Program-made: the position numbers and the translations under genes
Notes under the pieces: generated by a model
Told to the model about the DNA's origin: nothing
Databases searched by the model: none
What the model saw: the letters and a program-made list of their open reading frames with translations, nothing else
Virus record (IMG/VR): IMGVR_UViG_3300030376_005298
Location: 1-38,367 of that record
Length of the DNA: 38,367 nucleotides
Strand: one strand, 5' to 3'
Source of the DNA: a virus
Lineage: Duplodnaviria; Caudoviricetes
Shown: piece by piece, positions 1-6,756 of the stretch
How the letters are laid out: every line of letters begins with the position of its first letter
Numbering within the stretch: position 1 is the stretch's first letter

Positions 1-2
1 TG

Positions 3-623
3 AAGCCTGATTGCTTAGGAGAGGCTGAGTTTGCTACTACAGACGATAAGACTACCGTAATAACTACTATAGAAGAATTAAATGAAGATATATCTGAGCG
101 TATAGATCAGGTAGCTAAAATGGTTGCAGATGAAAAAAATGGTTTCATTAAAAAGAAGCTGGAACAAAGATTGTCTATGCTATCGGGTAGTGTTGGAATT
201 ATCCGTGTTGGAGCAGACTCGAAAGTGGAACTTAAAGAAAAGAAAGACAGGATTGAAGACGCGATATACGCTACAAAAGCGGCGTTGAAAGAAGGTATAG
301 TACCTGGAGGTGGTATAGCACTCTTTAATGCTTCAGAAAAAATCGAACCCACTAACGTGGGCGAAGAAGCATTGCTTGAGGCTATTAAATCACCGTTTAA
401 AACTATTATGGCTAACGCTGGCTTTGACGTTGTAGCTTCTCCAAGTAGAGAAGGCGTAGGCGTTAATGTTGTAACTGGCGAAGAAGTTAGCATGATAGAA
501 GAAGGTATTATAGATCCTGTACTTGTAACTAAGTCAGCTCTTAAAAATGCAGTGAGTGTTGTAATGACTATTGTTTCTGCAGACTGTGTAATCTCAAATG
601 CTAGGGTAGATGAAGGCAGTTAA
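3..623 (+). CDS. groEL: Chaperonin GroEL (Cpn60), C-terminal part; 5'-truncated by the window edge
   Basis: Frame is open from base 3 (KPDCLGEAEFATTDDKTTVIT...). GroEL motifs: IIRVGADSKVELKEKKDRIEDAIYATKAALKEGIVPGGGIAL and GIIDPVLVTKSALKNAVSV. No GGM tail. Confidence 0.95.
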   Translation, partial: KPDCLGEAEFATTDDKTTVITTIEELNEDISERIDQVAKMVADEKNGFIKKKLEQRLSMLSGSVGIIRVGADSKVELKEKKDRIEDAIYATKAALKEGIVPGGGIALFNASEKIEPTNVGEEALLEAIKSPFKTIMANAGFDVVASPSREGVGVNVVTGEEVSMIEEGIIDPVLVTKSALKNAVSVVMTIVSADCVISNARVDEGS

Positions 624-867
624 TCATTACGTTATTGTAGATAAGATAAAGACTGAGCAAAAGAAAGTAGCAGGTCTTATTATGACAGAAGACTTAGACG
701 AAGACAACAGATATTTAAAGGGTGAGGTTGTATCTGTTGGTAATTTAATAGAATTTATAAAAGATGGTGATGTAGTTTATTACGACAAACACGCTGGGCA
801 TGGTATACATTTTAAAGATAAACTTTATTTTGTCATAAAGGCAAGTGATATTGTACTAGTAGATTAA
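610..867 (+). CDS. groES: Co-chaperonin GroES (Cpn10)
   Basis: KAVNHYVIV...AGLIM...GEVVSVG...IKDGDVVYY...YFVIKASDIV follows the Cpn10 pattern; adjacent to groEL. Confidence 0.9.
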   Translation: MKAVNHYVIVDKIKTEQKKVAGLIMTEDLDEDNRYLKGEVVSVGNLIEFIKDGDVVYYDKHAGHGIHFKDKLYFVIKASDIVLVD

Positions 868-912
868 ACATAAACTATAAACCAAAATCCTTAAACACAG
901 AATCTTTAAACA
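865..912 (+). repeat. Intergenic cluster of five TAAAC pentamers including a 12-nt near-direct repeat
   Basis: TAAAC at 865, 871, 878, 892 and 907; AATCCTTAAACA (886-897) versus AATCTTTAAACA (901-912). Confidence 0.5.
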
Positions 913-940
913 AATTATTAATTAATCAAAAAAAAGAAAA

Positions 941-1279
941 ATGAAAAGAATTTTAACTTTCATTACATCTGCAAATGACAACATTTCTTTTGAAGTAGGT
1001 AAATTCAGAGGTGTAACTCCAGCAGGAGGAACCTCAGCGACTATGTACTTTGACAAGCTAAATGGCGCGGCCACTGGTGTTAGCACTGTAGTTGTAAATT
1101 TTAAAAACGAAAACAACGGCTTTGGGTTTAAGAAGTTTTCCCAAGCAATGACGGCCGCTTTTGCTAATCAACCTAAAGCTGGTAATGTTGTAATTGGAAA
1201 CGACTCCACTGGAACATCTTTAGACGCTGGATTTAATATATCTGGAGGTATAACAAGCATAGGCACAATAACCGAATAA
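941..1279 (+). CDS. Hypothetical beta-rich protein, paralog 1 of a tandem trio
   Basis: 112-aa ORF with an A-rich leader; shares its residue pattern with the next two ORFs. Confidence 0.75.
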   Translation: MKRILTFITSANDNISFEVGKFRGVTPAGGTSATMYFDKLNGAATGVSTVVVNFKNENNGFGFKKFSQAMTAAFANQPKAGNVVIGNDSTGTSLDAGFNISGGITSIGTITE

Positions 1280-1281
1280 TT

Positions 1282-1626
1282 ATGGAAAAGTATTTATATA
1301 TAGCAGAAAACGCCCAAGGCGCTGACGCTGAGGCAGAAGCGGTATTATACCCACTGTCTAGACTAAAACTTATTAAGCCAATAACTAACGCAACAAGTGC
1401 TGAGTTAGTTTTTGAGCCAATGAAGAACGTTGACGGTGTAGAAATAGACACTATAACCGTAACGTATAGCTCTGATTTTACGTTTAAGCAGTTTTGTGAC
1501 GGCTTAGCTGATTTATTTAGAAAAGGTAAAAATCAACATTTTATTAACATTTGCGACAGCGACAACTTAACAGACATGCTTACGTCTACTAGTTGTGCTG
1601 ATGGCGCCATAACAATAGATTCATAA
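1282..1626 (+). CDS. Hypothetical protein, paralog 2 of the trio
   Basis: 114 aa; KYLYI...LYP...TSAELVF...DTITVT...FKQFCD pattern. Confidence 0.78.
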   Translation: MEKYLYIAENAQGADAEAEAVLYPLSRLKLIKPITNATSAELVFEPMKNVDGVEIDTITVTYSSDFTFKQFCDGLADLFRKGKNQHFINICDSDNLTDMLTSTSCADGAITIDS

Positions 1627-2252
1627 TGGAAAATCAATTATTATATTTTAAAAGAGGTGGTTCGCAAGTATTTGTACAAGGCGAATCTCCAAGCCAAACG
1701 CTTACGCTAACAGCAGCAAACTTTGGAGACTTAGTAGACCTTGCTAAAACGAGATTTACAGTTACAGTAGAATTAGCTGCGGCTAAAGACAGAACTAAAA
1801 TAGGTAGTGGTTATGGTACTGAGCCTATTGCAGCTGGCACTGTTGTTACTGTTCCTGACTCAGCAATTGTAGATTCTGGAACAAACACGCTTGTTATAGA
1901 CACGGAAGCTCAAGACGATGCTAACGGTGTTACTTTAGAAGAAAATGATATTGTTAGAGTTGTTTTTGAGCCTGGTCTTGGTGACGAAATTTGTTACCCA
2001 GCCGACAACTTATTAAGTATTAGACAAGATACTTCTGGTCAAACTGAACTTAGATTTTCTGGGTATCAAGGTGCAGATGTTGTTGATGTAATAACTCTTC
2101 ATCACACAGCTAATAAGTTTGCAGAGGTTACAGCTGATGTTGAGTCAATGCTTAATGCTACAAGACGAGTTGGTACAGTTTCATTTGATGCTCATGCTGG
2201 AGTTTTTGCTATAGGCAACTTAACAGCGTTAGGTATCAACTTAGCTTCTTAA
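1626..2252 (+). CDS. Hypothetical protein, paralog 3 of the trio, with a ~100-aa beta-rich insertion
   Basis: 208 aa; TAATG overlaps at both ends; LLYF...[insert]...ICYP...TELRF...DVITL...KFAEV. Confidence 0.78.
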   Translation: MENQLLYFKRGGSQVFVQGESPSQTLTLTAANFGDLVDLAKTRFTVTVELAAAKDRTKIGSGYGTEPIAAGTVVTVPDSAIVDSGTNTLVIDTEAQDDANGVTLEENDIVRVVFEPGLGDEICYPADNLLSIRQDTSGQTELRFSGYQGADVVDVITLHHTANKFAEVTADVESMLNATRRVGTVSFDAHAGVFAIGNLTALGINLAS

Positions 2253-2692
2253 TGAGGCTAACTAGTCACGATTTACGTGAATTACAAATCCTTAAGTATT
2301 ACAGGCTCACTAGAAAGTGGGCTTGTAAGACTTACGGGTTAACAGATGCTGATCTTGAATTACTAATATTTTTAGACTGTCAAGGTCGGTTTACAAGACA
2401 AGAGTTTATAGACGGCACTTATACTATGAGTTGGGATAAGAAGCGCTGGGATAAACTAAGAAAACTAGGCTGGATAGAAGTGTGGCGTCATCGAAATCGA
2501 ACAACGATTAAGTACAGCGTTTTTAAAACTTCATTTAAATGCAGCCAACTTATAAGTAGAATATACCGTATCTTACTCGGAGAAGAAGACATGCCAGTAT
2601 CAGATCGTAGTGTATTCTATAATAACAAGACATATACAGACAAAGTCTTTAATAAGGCTATTGACGATATGATTAAAGATCCAACGAGATAA
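2252..2692 (+). CDS. Putative winged-helix (MarR-like) DNA-binding protein
   Basis: YGLTDADLELLIFLDCQGRFTRQEF...WDKLRKLGWIEV resembles MarR/wHTH helices and wing. Confidence 0.55.
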   Translation: MRLTSHDLRELQILKYYRLTRKWACKTYGLTDADLELLIFLDCQGRFTRQEFIDGTYTMSWDKKRWDKLRKLGWIEVWRHRNRTTIKYSVFKTSFKCSQLISRIYRILLGEEDMPVSDRSVFYNNKTYTDKVFNKAIDDMIKDPTR

Positions 2693-3042
2693 TGGCGTAT
2701 AAACAAAAGAACAACCCTTTTAAACTACAAGCTACAGCTGCTCCAAAAAAAGTAAAAGTTTTTGGTGGTAAAGCAACTGTTGATGTTAGTACTGAAGCAG
2801 GTAAGAAACTACTTGAAGAAATTAAAAGTATAAAAACAGTTAGATCTAGCGATGCTGGAAGAGTTGCTAAATCAGCTTCTAGTAAAGTAAAAGGTATTCT
2901 TAAAAAGCATACAGGTAAACTTTTGAGCTTAGGCGCTAGAGCATCAGCAATCTTAGCTATGTTTGATCCTATTTCTGCTGGTAAAGGTTCTACTACGCTA
3001 GATAAAGATAAGTATGATTTAATGAAAAATATAAAAGACTAA
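2692..3042 (+). CDS. Small basic hypothetical protein (MAYKQK N-terminus)
   Basis: 116 aa, Lys-rich; TAATG-coupled to the upstream gene. Confidence 0.72.
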   Translation: MAYKQKNNPFKLQATAAPKKVKVFGGKATVDVSTEAGKKLLEEIKSIKTVRSSDAGRVAKSASSKVKGILKKHTGKLLSLGARASAILAMFDPISAGKGSTTLDKDKYDLMKNIKD

Positions 3043-3044
3043 GT

Positions 3045-3269
3045 ATGGCGTTTAAAATGAAAAAGTTTAGTGGGTTTAAAAACTCACCTATGAAAAAAGA
3101 TGAAGAGCCTAGAAAAGGTAGTTTATCTTGGAGTGAATTAAAGAAAGGTGGAGCTGTTGATGTTTGGAAAGACGCTAAAGAAAAGAAAGCTGCTAAAGAG
3201 CAAACAAGAAAAGACACTTACGCTAGAGATAACCAGGCGCCAGGATCTGGCGGTATGATGCCGATATAA
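3045..3269 (+). CDS. Small basic hypothetical protein (MAFKMK...SPMK)
   Basis: 74 aa; first 20 nt match the gene at 3628 at 19 of 20 positions. Confidence 0.72.
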   Translation: MAFKMKKFSGFKNSPMKKDEEPRKGSLSWSELKKGGAVDVWKDAKEKKAAKEQTRKDTYARDNQAPGSGGMMPI

Positions 3270-3625
3270 TGGGATTTAAACTAGGTAGCGAAAGTAGAAG
3301 AATAAGAAACTCTAAAGACACACCTATATTTAGAAAAAAACTAGATGAAGGTATTGTAGCAGAAGCCAACTTAGATGGATCTATATTTATAAATAAAAAT
3401 GTTAAACCTGGCAGCGCTCTTGAAAAAAGAGCTATACGCCATGAAAAGCAACATTTAAAAGATATGGCAGATCCTAAAATAGGTTTGTCATACGGAGATG
3501 ATTACGTTAGGTACAAAGGTAAAACATACCCAAGAAAAGACGGTAAAATAAAGTATAACGGTAAGTTCCACGAAGAAGGTAGCATGGTGTTTCCTTGGGA
3601 GCAAAGAGCAAAAAAAGCAGAATAA
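3269..3625 (+). CDS. Small zincin-like metallopeptidase (HExxH)
   Basis: AEANLDGSIFIN strand, then AIRHEKQH at 3440 and a distal PWEQRA glutamate. Confidence 0.6.
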   Translation: MGFKLGSESRRIRNSKDTPIFRKKLDEGIVAEANLDGSIFINKNVKPGSALEKRAIRHEKQHLKDMADPKIGLSYGDDYVRYKGKTYPRKDGKIKYNGKFHEEGSMVFPWEQRAKKAE

Positions 3626-3627
3626 CT

Positions 3628-4104
3628 ATGGCATTTAAAATGAAAAATACTTCGATGGCTAAGTTAGCTAAAGAAGTTAGTGAAAGAAAACAAAACAGAA
3701 TAATCAACCGCATGAACAAGCTTCAGGGTAAAGCTGAAAAAGCTAATAAGCAAGGTAAGGATAAGAAGGCTCAAAGAAAAATCGATAAGATGAGTAAACT
3801 TGAAGATAAGTTGCTACCAGGATTACAAAGACCAGAAAGAGCAAGAACTCATGAGCTTAAACATTCTGCAATGAAGCTAAAAGAAGATAAAGGACCTGGA
3901 CAAGGAACTAAAGAAGGTCAATACACTGGTGCTGGTATACCTGAAAACTTATTTAATGCAGACGGTAAGAAAATAAATACTAACAATCTTGATGAAGGTA
4001 ATTTAAGTAAAATTAAAGTAGAATCTGGCACTAACAGAAAGTACGTAGAATACGTCGAAGGACCTAAAGCAGGTGGACGTTTATATCTTTCAAATCCTAA
4101 GTAA
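3628..4104 (+). CDS. Basic hypothetical protein (MAFKMK N-terminus)
   Basis: Start moved from 3595 to ATG 3628, which follows the upstream stop and gives the shared MAFKMK motif. Confidence 0.72.
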   Translation: MAFKMKNTSMAKLAKEVSERKQNRIINRMNKLQGKAEKANKQGKDKKAQRKIDKMSKLEDKLLPGLQRPERARTHELKHSAMKLKEDKGPGQGTKEGQYTGAGIPENLFNADGKKINTNNLDEGNLSKIKVESGTNRKYVEYVEGPKAGGRLYLSNPK

Positions 4105-4490
4105 TGATAAATAATTTAATAGGAGGTTTATTAGGCAAAGTAGTAGATAACGCTGAGGGTATACTAGATAAAGTTATCACCACAGACAAAGAGCGCGACG
4201 AAGCTAAGGCTAAGATAAAACAAATGCTTTTAGATAGCGAAGCTAAGATGCAAGAAGAGGTTACTGCTAGGTGGAAATCAGACATGCAGTCTGATTCATG
4301 GCTTAGTAAATCAATACGCCCGCTAGTATTAGCTTGGCTAGTTATTTGCACTACACTGCTAATTTTTATAGATGCTGGTGTAATTATGTTTACAGTAGAG
4401 GACAAGTGGGTTGATCTTTTACAATTAGTATTAATAACAGTTATAGGCGCTTACTTCGGTGGACGCTCATACGAAAAAATAAAAAAATAA
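4104..4490 (+). CDS. Putative holin, GTA-type 3TM holin-like
   Basis: Amphipathic N-terminus, DSWLSKSIRP motif, two hydrophobic helices and a GAYFGGRSYEK tail. Confidence 0.7.
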   Translation: MINNLIGGLLGKVVDNAEGILDKVITTDKERDEAKAKIKQMLLDSEAKMQEEVTARWKSDMQSDSWLSKSIRPLVLAWLVICTTLLIFIDAGVIMFTVEDKWVDLLQLVLITVIGAYFGGRSYEKIKK

Positions 4491-4491
4491 A

Positions 4492-5061
4492 ATGGGAATT
4501 AATTCAACTGCAACAGCTTATAACTTTGGCCAAATGGGTAGTGCTTTTTTGTCAGCTGACGACAATACAGTAACGTGCCCAGAAGGTATGGCTATAGTTG
4601 CTATAACATTTATAACAGACTCCGAAGTTAACACACTAGTATCAAAAGATGCAAATCTATTTCCTAATACTGTTGGAGCAGCTCACGATAGAGGCCACCA
4701 AACTATTCAGGTTAATGGAGCTGTTAGTTCTTCGGCTACTATAGCGTTTGACGTTACAACAGCTTCTTTAGGATTAGAGCTTGGAGATGAAGTATATCTA
4801 ACGGCTACAGGTGCTCTTTTAGGTACAATAACAACGCTAGGCACTAGCAATATTGTTATTAGTGCTACAACAAGTATTGATGATGACGCTTTCATTAGTA
4901 TTCTTACGCCTGGAAAAAACAACGCAGGCACCGAAGGTGTTGGTGGTTTAGCTTTAACAAACGGTACTACTTTCGCTGGAGGAACAACTATTTATGGAAG
5001 ATGGGATTCTATAAAGCTTAACGATGATGGGTCTGCAGCAATGGTTTATTTTGGATATTAA
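4492..5061 (+). CDS. Probable virion structural protein with an inserted beta module
   Basis: 189 aa, Gly/Thr/Ala-rich; C-terminal GTTIYGRW; central segment resembles modules in the 2091-aa protein. Confidence 0.6.
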   Translation: MGINSTATAYNFGQMGSAFLSADDNTVTCPEGMAIVAITFITDSEVNTLVSKDANLFPNTVGAAHDRGHQTIQVNGAVSSSATIAFDVTTASLGLELGDEVYLTATGALLGTITTLGTSNIVISATTSIDDDAFISILTPGKNNAGTEGVGGLALTNGTTFAGGTTIYGRWDSIKLNDDGSAAMVYFGY

Positions 5062-5402
5062 TGGCATTAGGAAACGCTAATACAGCAGCACAGGCTAGAG
5101 GTAAAAATCCAGCAGTGAAGATAAAGAAGTTTAAGGAAAGAAATCCTGATGCTTTCTCTTTTCTTGCTAGCACGTTACAAAGTAGCCCCGCTTGCTCACT
5201 TAAGGTTCATCTTGTAACTAATACTTTATATCACAATGGAGCTAACGCTCTTCCAGCGTTTGGTGATCTTGTTTATACGGCGCTTCCTTTAGTGAGCTCT
5301 AATTTATCTCCCAATGGGTCTTATAAAATATTAGTATCAGGCACTTATTACAACATAGACACAGATAACAACGGTCTTATTAGAAGAATAGACGCTTGTT
5401 AA
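5061..5402 (+). CDS. Hypothetical protein
   Basis: 113-aa ORF, TAATG-coupled to the upstream gene. Confidence 0.7.
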   Translation: MALGNANTAAQARGKNPAVKIKKFKERNPDAFSFLASTLQSSPACSLKVHLVTNTLYHNGANALPAFGDLVYTALPLVSSNLSPNGSYKILVSGTYYNIDTDNNGLIRRIDAC

Positions 5403-5435
5403 AATAAAAATAATAATTAACTTAAATTAAATAAA

Positions 5436-5717
5436 ATGGCAAAAAGAAAGACGCCTAAGGTGAAAGACCTTAGAACAGAAAAAATTACTAAAGAGCAACT
5501 TAGCAAATTACAAAACGTAGTTAGAGCTATCAACGAAGGCCAGCAACAACTCGGCATGCTTGAGTCACAAAAACACGCGTTACTACACGACGTAATGCAG
5601 CTTCAAGGCGTAATCGGTAAAATTCAGCAAGAACTAAAAGAAGAGCATGGTAATGTCGATATTAACATAAGCGATGGTACTATTAAATATTTAGAGAATG
5701 AGCAAGCTGATTCGTAA
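5436..5717 (+). CDS. Hypothetical coiled-coil protein
   Basis: 93 aa with heptad-like Q/L/E pattern; A/T-rich leader. Confidence 0.75.
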   Translation: MAKRKTPKVKDLRTEKITKEQLSKLQNVVRAINEGQQQLGMLESQKHALLHDVMQLQGVIGKIQQELKEEHGNVDINISDGTIKYLENEQADS

Positions 5718-5919
5718 AATAACTATAGGTAAAGATTACAAAATAGATGCTATGCATTACTCTGTAGGCCAAGAGGTCTACGGAGGGCATACTATCTGCG
5801 ATATTGTAGAAGAGAAAGATAAGTACAGCATATACATAAGAAAAAACAAAGATGTAATGCCTTGGAAAGATTTCAATAAAAACATGGCGGTGTCTGTTGA
5901 GTATAATTTAGAATATTAG
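5698..5919 (+). CDS. Small hypothetical beta-rich protein
   Basis: 73 aa; overlaps both neighbours; globular-looking composition. Confidence 0.75.
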   Translation: MSKLIRKITIGKDYKIDAMHYSVGQEVYGGHTICDIVEEKDKYSIYIRKNKDVMPWKDFNKNMAVSVEYNLEY

Positions 5920-6524
5920 TGAAGTCACCGTACAACTATATAATAAAACCTAAAGGTGAAAGATATAAAAACTCTGTGAACGTTGGTGATAAAAAATTAA
6001 TTACTAACACAGATATATTTGATCACAAGCATGTTAACAGAGAGGCTATAGTTTTAGCTACTCCTAAAGCTTTTGATACAGATATAAAAGAGGGTGATGT
6101 AGTAATAGTCCATCACAACGTATTTAGAAGGTGGAACGACGCTAGAGGTAAAGAGAGAAACAGTAAAAGCTTTTTTAAAGAAGATCAATATTTTGTAAGT
6201 GAAGATCAAATATTTGCTTATAAACAAGCGGCTAGATGGAGTAGGTTAAAAAATTCGTATTGGAAGCCAACGCAAGGTTTTTGTTTTGTTAAACCTATAA
6301 AATCAACTGATAAGTTTTCTCAAGATATTGAAAAGCCTTTAGTAGGTATAGTAAAATATTCAGACGGATCACATAGCGTTGGTGATCTTGTAGGATTTAC
6401 ACCTAACTCAGAGTATGAGTTTATTATTGACAGCGAAAGACTTTATAGAGTCTATTCTAAATTTATTACAATTAAATATGAATATCAAGGAAACGAAGAA
6501 GAGTATAATCCAAGCTGGGCATAA
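5919..6524 (+). CDS. Protein with two tandem GroES-like domains (Cpn20-like co-chaperonin candidate)
   Basis: GTG start. Domain 1: YIIKP...REAIVLATP...IKEGDVVIVHH...YFVSEDQIF. Domain 2: FCFVKP...GIVKYS...VGDLVGF...FIIDSERLYRV. Confidence 0.6.
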   Translation: MKSPYNYIIKPKGERYKNSVNVGDKKLITNTDIFDHKHVNREAIVLATPKAFDTDIKEGDVVIVHHNVFRRWNDARGKERNSKSFFKEDQYFVSEDQIFAYKQAARWSRLKNSYWKPTQGFCFVKPIKSTDKFSQDIEKPLVGIVKYSDGSHSVGDLVGFTPNSEYEFIIDSERLYRVYSKFITIKYEYQGNEEEYNPSWA

Positions 6525-6756
6525 AGCTGTTGAAGAGCTAATCAAAGTAGCTCAAGAGCAGATTATTACTCACAGTGAAGACGATGTATCAGCTGATAGA
6601 TTAAAAAATGCTGCGGCTACAAAGAAGCTAGCTATATTTGACGCTTTTGAAATACTTAATCGTATACAAGAAGAAGAGAATATATTAGAAGGCAAAGAGC
6701 CTGAAGATAAAAAAGAAAGAGTGTTTAAAGGATTTGCTGAAGGAAGATCTAAGTAA
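6478..6756 (+). CDS. Probable terminase small subunit
   Basis: 92-aa helical protein TAATG-coupled directly to TerL; ATG 6478 has an A/T-rich leader. Function is inferred from position only. Confidence 0.5.
   Translation: MNIKETKKSIIQAGHKAVEELIKVAQEQIITHSEDDVSADRLKNAAATKKLAIFDAFEILNRIQEEENILEGKEPEDKKERVFKGFAEGRSK

Noticed and set aside
583-592. ACTGTGTAAT near the end of groEL, matching the candidate promoter motif at 35225-35234
   Set aside because: It lies in coding sequence (D-C-V-I) and lacks the ARTA ending, so it is not counted as a third copy.
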